DNA of 64,000 nt, taken from assembly GCF_018350175.1 (NCBI RefSeq), contig NC_058385.1:75020001-75084000 (forward strand), written 5' to 3'. Origin of the DNA: Felis catus (lineage: Eukaryota). The notes beneath the pieces are model-generated. The model ran no database searches. It was given only the letters and a program-made list of their open reading frames with translations, and had not been told where the DNA came from. This document shows positions 22,140-32,854 of the stretch, in pieces. Every line of letters starts with the position of its first letter. The stretch's first letter is position 1. Position numbers and translations under genes: made by a program.

Positions 22140-23718
22140 CCTTACCCCTAATTCCCCCTCTCATTTCTCATCGGCTTTCTACGGCTGGTCCCACGCCTAG
22201 AAGGAGACTGGCTTTCTTGCTGTGAACAGTTCACAACTCTTTCCGGCCGTGAGTAAAGCAGAGAAGCGTCTGAGCCTCTCAATCTGTGTGTGTTCAGCTT
22301 GCAATGCCCACCACTCCGTAGACACGCAGCGTGTGCTTGCTTCCTGACTCTTCTGCTGACCTTGGGCCTTCTCAAGTCTCTGCGCGGGGTTTAGCGCATA
22401 GCAGGTGCCTTGTGCGAGTCTGAGCTAAGGTTGAAGGAAGAGAAGAAGAGAGGCGGGGGTTGGCGTCTGTGCTCGTGTCTCTCTTTCTTTCCAGGCACGT
22501 CAGTGTCACCAGGTGTGGGTTTCGGGACAGCGAGAAGCTTACGGGAACTGTCAGAGGGGGCTCATTGTCTGAAGCAGCCTCACACCTCTTATATATGATA
22601 ACGCCATGTGGAGCCCCCAAATGTTGGCTCAGGCGGGCTCCATGTGGCCTGCTGTGCTAGAAGGGTGATCCTGCAGCTGTCGCTAAATTACCAGGGGATC
22701 CTGGCCACCTCCCCGCCACTTGCCAGACTCTGCTAACGGATGCAAGAGATCGGTGATCTCCCAGCAAATGTAAGAAGCGTGACGAGAGCTCTAGAGTTCT
22801 AGATCTCTCTCTGCAGACCACAGCTCTCTCCTGAGACAAGTCAGCATGTACAAAACGGTCCCTTGTTACCCATGAAAAGGCTGTTGTGCTCAAATTGGCA
22901 AAGTTTAAGGAAAGAGGGGTGCCCTCTTGACTCCTAGCGACTGTAATCATGGCGCTCTTAATTAAAGGCTGCTGGCGGGAAGGCTCTCCTGGCATCCGAA
23001 AACTCCCTCTGGGGCAGCTGCCGAAACACCAGCCGTTGCTGGCTAGAGCTCTGGGAGGAGAGCTGCCTGGGGGCTCCTGGGAAGCCTTGTTCTGGAAGAT
23101 TCTTTGTACCTGCACGTGAGCCTCAGAGAGCTGTAAGGGGAGGCCAAGGGGTTCTCAGCACCCACCTGCCTTCTGAGGCCCAGAACCCCTGGAGGGTAAG
23201 TTGCCCTCCTTCACCATCCTCTCTCCCGCACATCCCCGCAGGCAGTTCTGGGTGAGCGGGAAGTCGATGCGAGGGCTGCAGACACGGGTCCCCAAGCTCA
23301 GAGCTCAGCTTTGGTTCTAGATCTCGCTCGTTTGTCGTTGCGGGGGCGTTCAAGCAGTGGCCCCGGAATCCTACATGTGATTTCATTTGCTGCTGGTTGA
23401 AAAGGTGCCTTATTTCAAAGAGGAAACAGAACAGGTCGGGCGTCCAAAGGGGCACCTGCCTTTCCGTGGGGAGGCCGCTGCGGAGGGAGCCAGGCCCCGT
23501 CGCCCCGACTCTGCTGTCTGCAAGGGGGGAGGCGCCCACACTAGAGGGGGAGGCGGATGTGAACGGTCCCTGCCAGCCATAACTGGCAGTCACCTAGAAA
23601 TAGAAAAATGAAACAGGAGGTTATGTATCCGTAGTTCCTTCTGTCTGGGCCTCAGCTGCTGGGTGAAACGAGGTCTCAGAGACAGTTCTGATTGTATTCG
23701 TCGGAAAGTCTGCTGCCT

Positions 23719-23932
23719 GCTTTTTTTTTTTTAAATTTTTTCGATGTTTATTTTGATAGAGAGAGAGCACGGAAGTGGGGGAGGGGCAGAGAGAGAGGGA
23801 GAGAGAATCCCAAGCAGGCTCCGCAGTTTCAGGGCAGAGCCCGACTCGGCTCGATCTCACGAACCATGAGATCATGACCTGACCCAAAACTAAGAGTAGG
23901 ATCCTTAACCCACGGAGCCACCCGGGCACCTC
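23719..23932 (-). mobile_element. Older Can-SINE
   Basis: TSD gtctg(c/t)tgcct at 23708-23718 and 23933-23943. Confidence 0.92.
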
Positions 23933-23947
23933 GTCTGTTGCCTTTTT

Positions 23948-24245
23948 TTTTCTATATTTTATCTTTTTTTTAAAATATGAAATTTATTGTCAAATTGGTT
24001 TCCATACAGCACCCAGGGCTCCTCCCAACAGGTGCCCTCCTCGATGCCCATCCCCCACTTTCCCCTCCCCCCCCACCTCCATCAACCCTCAGTTTATTCT
24101 CGGTTTTTGAGAGTCTCTTATGGTTTGCCTCCCTCCCTAACTTCTTTTCTTTGTTTTTTTTTCCTTCCCCTCCCCCGTGGTCTGCTGTTAAGTTTCTCAG
24201 GATCCACATAAGAGTGAAAACATGTGGTATCTGTCTTTCTCTGTA
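23948..24245 (-). mobile_element. 5'-truncated felid L1 (3' UTR only)
   Basis: aaattggtttccatacagcacccag, ccatcaaccctcagttt, gagagtctcttatggtttgcctccctc; perfect 12-bp TSD tgttgccttttt at 23936-23947 and 24246-24257. Confidence 0.93.
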
Positions 24246-24354
24246 TGTTGCCTTTTTAACAGCAGGGCATGAGGCCCACTTTCAAGATTCCTAACCCCTC
24301 CTCAGAGGCCTCGGTCAGTACTAAGATATACAAAGGCTTTTAAGCATTGTGTAC

Positions 24355-25090
24355 TTATTGATTTATTTTTACAATTGAGATCATTGACATACAACATTGT
24401 GTTACTTTAAGGTATACAATGTACATACATATATATTAAGAAATGATTACCCCCATCAGCTTACTTAACACCCATCCACACACGTGGCCACGATTTTCTT
24501 TTTTTCCCCTGTGGGGGCAGGGGGAGAAGTGAAGTTATGACAGAGAGCAGCCAAGGTGGCTAAGGGGCAGAGGTGACGAGCTGTCACAGCGGACCCCCCT
24601 TGTCTCAGCAGGCCCGAGCCGAAAGATACACCCGCCCCCGGAAGGGCTCCCTGCTCCCTCCTCCTGGCATCAGCTGGGCCATTGGCATCATCTGCTCTAC
24701 CCACAGTGGCACCCGCAGACCATCGTGAGGAAGAGACATCATCTGCACAAGTTTTTTTCCTCGTGGTGAGAATTTTTAAGATCTACTCTCTCTCTCTCTT
24801 TCTCTCTCTCTCTTTTAGGTATATTTGCTTATTTGGAGAGAGACAGCGAGCAGGGGAGGGGCTTCCATGCTGCCAGCATGCGAACCATGCAACTGTGACC
24901 TGAGCCGAAGTTGGATGCTTAACCGACTGAGCCACCCAGGTGCCCCTAAGATCTACTCTCTTAGCAACTTTCAAACATATAATATGTATTGTTAACTATA
25001 ATCGTCACGCTTCTACCGCACATTCCCAAGACTTACTTATTATATAACCAGAGGTTTGTATCTTTCGACCACCTCCACTCATTGCAAAGG
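24355..25090 (-). mobile_element. L1MA9/MB-like 3' end with two insertions
   Basis: gtggtgagaa...taagatctactctcttagcaactttcaa...ttaactataatcgtcac. Confidence 0.8.
24792..24946 (-). mobile_element. Atypical short Can-SINE with (TC)n in place of the T tail
   Basis: SINE head present; perfect 15-bp TSD taagatctactctct at 24777-24791 and 24947-24961. Confidence 0.88.
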
Positions 25091-25143
25091 CTTTTTAATT
25101 TCATTTACTGGATAATTGTATCCTAAGGCTCAAGGTATGTAAG

Positions 25144-25643
25144 ATATATACATATATATGCAATGTACACACATATATGTGCATGTTACATGCATATGTA
25201 CATGTAGAAGCATGCATACATGTATACACACATATATACATATTATATGCATATACACACGTATAAGTGTGTGTGTAGGTATATGCATATACATCATATA
25301 CTCACATGCATATATATTTCTAAATATATACATATGCATGTGTTACTATATATAAATAGATACATATATACATACACCATACCTACAGATACACATATGC
25401 ATATGTACAACATACACCTACATACACACCCATATACGTATACAGATACACATACACACGCGTACACACATTCAGACACATACACGTGCACACGCAGACA
25501 CACACAGATACACACAGAGGCACACACAGATACACTACACATGCACACACATACATATGCAGATACATGCATATGCATGCACATGCACGCACGTGCACAC
25601 ATATACACACACGCGTGCACACACGTGCATACACATACATGTG
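25144..25643. repeat. About 500-bp degenerate (TA/CA/TG/CG)n low-complexity tract
   Basis: Nearly continuous purine-pyrimidine alternation. Confidence 0.95.
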
Positions 25644-26149
25644 AACAGTATGTGATCGGGGGTCGCAGGTGTCCTCCAGGTGCTCTGAGTGGGTCACCTG
25701 GGCTCCCAGCCTCTCTCACTGTCTTTCAGGCCATCACCTGGTGAACCCGAGGCCACCGTCCCTGCCACCACTGGCTCCCTGGCGTCTGCTCAGCCCCCGT
25801 CACCCCCTTCCTCCCCTGCTGCTGACCACCTCAGGGCCACAGACGTCGGAGGAAGAACAGTATGTGCCCCCCACCGGCCACTCCAGACTCCGGAGCTTCC
25901 CCACAGCAGAGCTGCGTGGGTGTCGGGATTAGCAGGCAGTTCTTCCTTTTGCCCCAGGCCCGAGGGGATCAGAGCAAGATGCTTAATGCACACCTCTCTT
26001 CCCACCCCGGGCCCTCGGCTTAGTCCCACGAGTCAGGGACCAGAACCCCTCCGTGCTAAGTGCCTTTGCCTCAGGCTGCTTCCTCCCCCCCCCCCCCACC
26101 GCGAACACACAGCAAAGCCACTGGTCTCCACACAGGCCTGTGGGGGGCT

Positions 26150-26300
26150 GGATCCTAACTTTGCATCTGTTAGTGCTTCTGTGACTGGGAGATCTCTCGG
26201 CCTCCGTTTCAATGGCTCATGGTGATCACACCTAGCAGAGATCCGGGGATGGCTGGAGACATAGAAGGCAAGGTGCCAGGCGCAGTGTGGCAGCAGGACA
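26150..26300 (+). mobile_element. MIR fragment
   Basis: ctgtgactgggagatctctcggcctccgtttc. Confidence 0.5.
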
Positions 26301-27425
26301 AATGAAGGGGGACACTGCTGTCCCCGTGTCACAGCTGAAGGAACAGGAGTGAGCGCACGCACGCTGCGTCACAGAGACTGAGCTGGTGGGACACTGGGAA
26401 TCAACCTTGAGCTTGCCCGTCTGGCTCCGAAGCCTGTGGCCTTGTCTCTGCCTGGCCTCATGGTGCAGGGGCAGGGCTGGGAGGTCCACCCGGCTCCTCT
26501 GACCCCGGACCAGTGTCCTTTGTGGACAGCCGTTCCTCTCTGGGTTGCGACCGAAGTCAAGCTCAAAGCTTGCAAGGCCCAGGAAGCTGATGGTATTGGG
26601 GGCCAGAGAGACCCTGAGAGCGAACCGGTACTGAGATCGGCCCCAGGGAGGGGAGGGAGCCCTGGCTGGCTGCAAGGCCCACACCCCACCTTAAAATTAG
26701 GGCAACTGTTGCTCAGCCCTGCCCCGTGGGCTAGCTGGGGACGAAGGCCCAGAGTCGCCAAATCGGCTGATGCCTTAAGGGAAGCAAGCATTGGGGATTT
26801 TGGGTAAAATTTCCCAGGGGTCGGCAGCTAATTCAGGTAACGTATGTGCGAACGTGCGTATTACACTGGCCGGAAAAACAACCACGCACGTTAGCAGACT
26901 CTTGCCCGCAAGCTCCCACTCTGTCTACTCTAGAAACCCTTATACAATTTAATGAAGGCATCTGGGATAGATTATGTTTCCTTTGCGGACGAATCTAACA
27001 AATCTATCTCAGCGACCCCAGACGCCTTCTGACCAGCTTCAAGCTTCCAGTCAGGGACACAGAGGCGAAGGCAGCCTGCAACCTTTCGGAGAGAGACCGG
27101 GGAGGGGAATGGGGGGTGGGGGACGCTCTGCCAGCCTCTGAGGCCACACCTCACCCCTACACAGTGAGCTTTTAGGGAGAGCCATTTGGGAGTTCTGCGT
27201 CCTCGTCTGAGAGCACCAAGCTGGTCGGATCAAAGGGAAGGCTGCGGGGTTGCGTCTGCAAAGTGCCTCGGTAGCACCTGGCACAGAGGGCCCCCATAAA
27301 TGGGAGCCACAGGACCTGCTGCCTAAGCCGTGGGGCCCAGGGCAGAGTGAAACAGTGGGGTCGCTTCTCGAAAATTATTAAGAACTTCAATACAGCGAGA
27401 GCAAAGCATTAAGCCACGGACGGTT

Positions 27426-27457
27426 CTCCTCCTCCTCCTCCTCCTCTTCCTCCTCCC
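27426..27457. repeat. (CCT)n microsatellite at a SINE tail
   Basis: Direct reading. Confidence 0.9.
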
Positions 27458-27637
27458 CCTTCTTCTTTAATGTGTATTTATTTTGAGAAAGAACAGGGGA
27501 GGGGCAGAGAGAGAGAATCCCAAGCAGGATCCACACTGTCAGCGCACAGCCCGACGCGGGGCTGGAACCCACGAACCGTGAGATCATGAGCTGAGCCAAT
27601 GTCAGACGCTGAACCGACTGAGCCCCCCGGGAGGCCC
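27458..27637 (-). mobile_element. Older Can-SINE
   Basis: aatcccaagcaggatccacactgtcagc variant. Confidence 0.88.
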
Positions 27638-27699
27638 GGCCAGGGCTCTCCGAAGTGCTGGGGGCCCTGTGCGGCTGTGCAGGGCGTGCACTCATGCCG

Positions 27700-27930
27700 C
27701 CCACCCGGGCACTCGGCATGATTAGCTTGCAGAACCAGGATTTATGGAGCACCTTCTGTATGCCGGACACCATTCACAGCGCTTGTCGTGTCCTATGTAA
27801 TCCTCAAAGGGAATTAGCTATTATTCCCACTTAACAGGTAAGGAAAACGAGGCGCAGACAGGTTAGGTCGCTTGTTCAAGATCACACAGCCGGAGGGTGG
27901 CGGGGCTGGGTTTGACGCAGGCAGTCGGGT
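27700..27930 (-). mobile_element. MIR
   Basis: tattattcccacttaacaggtaaggaaaacgaggcgcagacaggttaggtcgcttgttcaagatcacacagc. Confidence 0.8.
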
Positions 27931-28531
27931 CCCCAAGCCCTGCCCGTCAGTGTCCTCGTTGTTGTTCTCTCCCGGGCTCGAACAGGGAGCCGGGGCGGCC
28001 GGGGAGGGAGCACCCAGAGGCACAGCGGCCAGGACCAGGAGTCCTACGCAGCCCCCGACCCCCAGACAGGCCCAGGCCCAGGTGGCCGGACGGTCCTCCC
28101 AGACAGGTCGCCAGTGCGGCGCTGCGGGGAGGTCTGGAACCCGAAGAGGAAGGGAAGAGGGTTCAGATGAGGACACTCGCGCTATTCATCAGACCAGGGG
28201 CCTCTCTGCAGGACTGAAAGCTCTGGAGCTCTCTTCTTTGATCCAGACTGTGGGTCAGAGCTGAGCAACCACAGGGCAATTACTCACCTTACAGCTCCGG
28301 GCTGACTCAGCACTCAGAGCCCATGCTGGTAGCAGACGCTTCCCTCTCTCCCTCCGGTGTTGGGTTTCCAGGGACCGGGGGGCACCCCAGGACATAGGAG
28401 GTGGCAAGTCCCCCCGAGACCCGACCTGTGCTTGTCTCGCCTGGGGAGCGTGCTCTCCTCAGAGGCCCCTTCTCCTGGCGTCTCCTGGCGGGGGGCAGTG
28501 AGCAGAAACTGCGGGGTCTCATCGTGTTCAA

Positions 28532-29005
28532 TTAATTTATTTTTTAAATGTTTATTGATTGATTGATTTAAAATTTTTTTTTAATGTTTATTTATTTTTG
28601 AGAGAGACAGAGACAGAATGCGAGTGGGTTGGGACAGAGAGAGAGGGAGACACAGAATCTGAAACAGGCTCCAGGCTCCGAGCTGTCAGCACAGAGCCCG
28701 ATGTGGGGCTCGAACTCACGAGCTGAGAGATCACGAGCTGAGAGATCATGACCTGAGCCGAAGTCGGATGCTTAACCCACTGAGCCACCCAGGCGCCCCA
28801 AATGTTTATTTTTGAGAGAGAGAGAGAGAGAGAGCGAAAGCGAGAGAGGGCACACAAGCAGGGGAGGGGCAGAGAGAGAGGGAGACAGAGGGTCCAAAGT
28901 GGGCTTCGCACAGACAGCCGGAGGCGGGGCTCGAACCCACACACCGTGAGGTCGCGACCTGAGTCGAAGTCGGATGCTCCACCGACCGAGCCACCCAGGC
29001 CCCCC
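28532..29005 (-). mobile_element. Older Can-SINE (host of nested SINE)
   Basis: Outer TSD ggtctcatc(g/t)t(g/c)ttcaa at 28515-28531 and 29006-29022. Confidence 0.9.
28557..28799 (-). mobile_element. Can-SINE nested in the tail of the host SINE
   Basis: TSD aaatgtttatt at 28546-28556 and 28800-28810; internal 15-bp tandem duplication at 28716-28745. Confidence 0.94.
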
Positions 29006-29169
29006 GGTCTCATCTTCTTCAAATAATCTCATGAGTTTAAGATTCTAAATGGCAAGAGAAAGGATGATGCCTCCATAACAGTCGTGAAAATGTTAAAAAC
29101 AAAGATTAAAAAAAAAAAGTATGCCCATCTTAATGATTCTCTTCAACTAGTGATTTCATTCCTTGTCCA

Positions 29170-29345
29170 GGAAATAAAAATGATGATCAGTGGGGTTGGG
29201 ATGATGGCAATAATAATAATAATAATAGGGAGTGTATATCGAGCCCTTACGATGTCCCGGGCACGGCGCTAAGTACCTTATTCAAATTGTCTCCTGTGCA
29301 CACACTTACTTGATACAGGTGGTGATTCTACTGTCCAAACCACCT
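29170..29345 (-). mobile_element. MIR with (TAA)n
   Basis: aataataataggg...gatgtcccgggcacggcgctaagtacctta. Confidence 0.6.
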
Positions 29346-29568
29346 CCAATCTTTCTTCAAGTCGCACTAAATTACAGCTTAGGTCATTTGCATGCACTTA
29401 GTCTCCTTAATTGAACGTTTATGGCTGGATAATATAACCAAGGTGTGAACGCGTGATAATTCATCCAGTTCCTCTGCTCAAATTGGATCCGGCCTGCTGG
29501 AAAGGGGAGTCAAGTGGAAAGGAAGGTGGGAAAAGGAGGCGGGGCTCGCTTGCCGACCAGCAGGCAGG

Positions 29569-29596
29569 CCCCCACCCCCCACCCCCTGCCTGTCCC
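29569..29596 (-). other. G-quadruplex motif
   Basis: Plus strand C5-A-C6-A-C5-TGCCTGT-C3. Confidence 0.55.
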
Positions 29597-29599
29597 TGC

Positions 29600-29840
29600 C
29601 ACACCCCCACCTCCCCCCATCACCCAACTCCGGCCACCTTACCCTTTTGGTCCTTCTTTGCTCCTGAAAGTCTGTGTGCTCCCCAGGGCCTTTGCAAATG
29701 CTGTTCCAGTCTGTCTTCCTCTTGTGGAGGTAATATCTACTCATCCTTTAGACTCTCGGCTTGAACCCTCGAGGGCGCTGGGTCTTCGTGCTGGGCAGCT
29801 TTTCTTTCCCGACGCCCGTCAAAGCCACGGTTGGACAGTC
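29600..29840 (+). mobile_element. L2 fragment
   Basis: cccagggcctttgcaaatgctgttcc. Confidence 0.55.
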
Positions 29841-29981
29841 CTTCGGGAGCCGAACTTGGGTGTTAGACTACCCTGGTTTCTCCCAGGCAGGTGACAGGTG
29901 CTAGGCTAACGCTCCCCACCCCGACTGACCCAGAGTTCTCTTCCGCCCCAGGCAAAAGCGTTGCTCCCTCAAGGTCTGTAC

Positions 29982-30310
29982 TAGGAGTGGGCAGACATCC
30001 TCCGTGAAATATCGTGGTCTTCGTGGCCCATCCAGGCTCTGTGGCAGCTTCTCACCTTTGCCCTCCTAACCCCAAAGCAGCCATAAACAATGAGGGAAAG
30101 AAAAAGCAAGGCTGTGTTCCAATAAAACTTTATTTACGGACACTGAAGTATGAGTTTCATTTCATTTCACGGGTCACAAAACATTTTCTTCTTTGGGTTT
30201 TTATCCCCTGCCATTTAAAAATGTAGAAACCACACTTAGAGGCTGGGCTGTCCAACAGCAGGTGGCCTCTCGGGTTTGGCTCCCAGGTTGTTGTCTACGG
30301 ACCTCCGGTC
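29982..30310. mobile_element. MER58B-like hAT MITE
   Basis: aaagcagccataaacaat, ggctgtgttccaataaaactttatttacggacactgaa, ccatttaaaaatgtagaaacca. Confidence 0.88.
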
Positions 30311-31204
30311 TACACTCTTGTTCCCAGTCCGAGGCTGTCTTCTCCGCCACTTTGCAGAATGATGGCCGGGATCAAGCCCTCACTCAGTCCTTCCCCCTCG
30401 TGTGAGGCAGGGAGCCAGCTTCCATCAACAGGTGCGTGACGATGATGTCAGGTGCCATGCTGGGGCCTCTGTCATGCCTCTTCCAGGCAGTGGGGGCTCC
30501 TCGGGCAGCTCCATGTAGCTTTGGGCAAGACTCTGAGGGTCAGAGTGGGACCGATGCCATAGGGTGCCACTAATAGCTGGAGAAGTGGCTACCGGATCCC
30601 TAAGCCGGGGGGTGCCCCCAGGGCTCTGGCTGACTTCCCATTCACCTGCAAGTTCACACTTTGAACTGGATCTCAGCCACATACTCATTCAGTCTTCCCG
30701 CCAGCAAAACCACAAGATTACGGGGAATCCATCCTTTCTTTTGCCCACTTTGTTAGCATGAAACAGGATTTGGTTCCATCGAGGTCGGGGAGGTAAGGTG
30801 TGGAGTGGGGTAAGGGAGGGGGACAGTGTTACATCGCGCAGCGTGTGGGCGGAAATCGTAGAGCACAGCTGACTTTAAAAACCTAACCAACCTGTTCTTT
30901 CTTGTTTATAACCTTGTTCTCGTAAATGACTCCAGTAGGTACCCAACCTGGAAAGCTGGGTTTACCCTGGACGCCGTCCCCTCTCTCCCGCGCCATTCAT
31001 CACACAGACCTGTGTATTTCGCCCAGGACCACACTACCTCCCCTAGTTCTACTCAGCGCTCTGCTGTCCCTCACTCAGGCCGCGTTTGACCCCCTAAAAT
31101 CATCTCCCTCGAGTCCTCCACCTGCCGCCAGACAGTCCCTAGTGTTTAAGTTAGGATTTTGTGCCCAAGGGAAAATCTAATCCTACCACTTACCCCACAG
31201 AAAT

Positions 31205-31360
31205 TCCTTAATGGCTTTGGATGATGGAAAAGTTTTGGAGATGCCTATGGGGATGCTTGCACAACAGTGTGAGTGTGTTTAATGTACTGACCTGTGCACA
31301 TACAGATGGTCAAAAGGGCATATTTTATGTTCTGTATGTTTTACTACAATACAAAAGTCT
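31205..31360 (+). mobile_element. Old L1M 3' end
   Basis: ggatgatggaaaagttttggagat...gcacaacagtgtgagtgtgtttaatgtactga. Confidence 0.75.
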
Positions 31361-31987
31361 TTAATGGATCCCAGTGATCACAGAATGCCTTTCTAAGGCT
31401 TGGAGGGACCCCAGAGAACCTGGTCTCCCCTGCGATGCAAATTTCCTTCCATAATCTCTGATCTAAATGTAACCCTCCCCGAAGTCTGTTCGTAGTTGCA
31501 CCTTCTTGTCTCTGTCTCTTCTGCCTGATGCATATTTAATTTTTCCCTCTCTCCTTCCTCCCGAGCAAACTCAACCTTCAAGAAACAGGTCAATAAGGAA
31601 CTCTGTCAGCCTTCCATCAACGTTTTCCCATTGACTTCACTTTTTTCACGCGGGCAGAAATAAACGATTCCTTGTTTAATGATAATATTAAATACTAGAC
31701 AGGGGAAAACACTATTCCTAAGCTGTGTGTCAGGCAAAAAGAACCACAGGGATGTGTGTGGCGGCCTGTCGACTGGGTCTTGAAATCGATGCCATGACTT
31801 TGCCTTTTTTTCTGCATGACCCTTCCCAGACTCCCCCCCCCACCCCCCCCCTTGGCACTTGAACCTTATTGGGAATTTTGTAATTGCCATCCTATTTTTT
31901 TTTATAGTTTTACCCTGCTTGTTTGTTACCCCGAATAATATGCTATTGTTCAGTTGCACGTGATTTCGAACTCCGTATAAATGGAAT

Positions 31988-32854
31988 TGATGAGGTTTGG
32001 GGGTGATGGTGGGTCCAGAGCCGATGACTAAGAAAGAATTCTTGAAGACATCTTTGGTGCAAAAAGGTGATTTTATTTTATTTTATTTATTGTTTTAATG
32101 TTTATTTATTTTTGAGAGAGAGAGAACGGGAGAGTGGCAGCGAGAGAGGGAGACGCAGAATTCGAAGCAGGCTCCAGGCTCCGAGCTGTCAGCACAGAGC
32201 TCGACGCGGGGCTCGAACTCACGATCTGTGAGATCATGACCTGAGCTGAAGCTGGACGCTTAACCGACTGAGCCACCCAGGTGCCCCCAAAAAGGTGATT
32301 TTATTAAAGCAAGGGGACAGGACCCATGGGTAGAAAGGGCTGCACGGGGTTGAGAAGAATGGCTAGTTTTATACTATGGAGTTGGGGAGGCGAGGTCAAA
32401 AGGGAGGCCTCCAGAGGGACTTTGATGTGCTGGAGAGGACTCCTAAGATACTCGAGGCCTTGCTCTTGTCAAGCTAAGGGTGTTTTCCCTCTAATAAGGT
32501 ATTAACATTAGACAGGTAGGGAGTTCCCAGGGAAATGTTTTACTCTGCCAGCCTCAAGTATCTGTCAATGGGCTACAGGTTGTAAGGACATTTAATTTCA
32601 CCTACCACTTCCTTCTTGCCTTTGTTCCCCATATCACTGCAGAGAGGAAGGTGATGTTGGGGCTCCAGGAAACTGAGTCTACAGGTTTCTGGAGATTAAG
32701 CTATTGATAAGATTGCCTCTTTCTTGTAATTCACTAAGATATTCGTAAAGGATGGAGACCCATGTCCTGCAGGACGGTGACCTGTATCACTTGGCCATTT
32801 GTTTTCCGTCTTTCCCTGTGTCCTTGGGCGGGCAGGAGTGCCTGTGGAATGTCA
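31988..32854 (-). mobile_element. Carnivore ERV solo LTR interrupted by a SINE
   Basis: Minus strand ends ...cctcatCA; TATAAAA at 32373-32367 and AATAAA downstream; right boundary uncertain (32789 or about 32854); no TSD found. Confidence 0.75.
32078..32288 (-). mobile_element. Can-SINE
   Basis: Perfect 17-bp TSD aaaaaggtgattttatt at 32061-32077 and 32289-32305. Confidence 0.97.

Noticed and set aside
22495-22512. 18-nt exon after the good acceptor ctctttctttccag
   Set aside because: The following donor (cag/gtgtgg) is weak and there is no other support
25130-25744. Overlapping His/Thr/Tyr- or Cys/Val-rich ORFs
   Set aside because: Translations of the RY low-complexity tract, which is poor in stop codons
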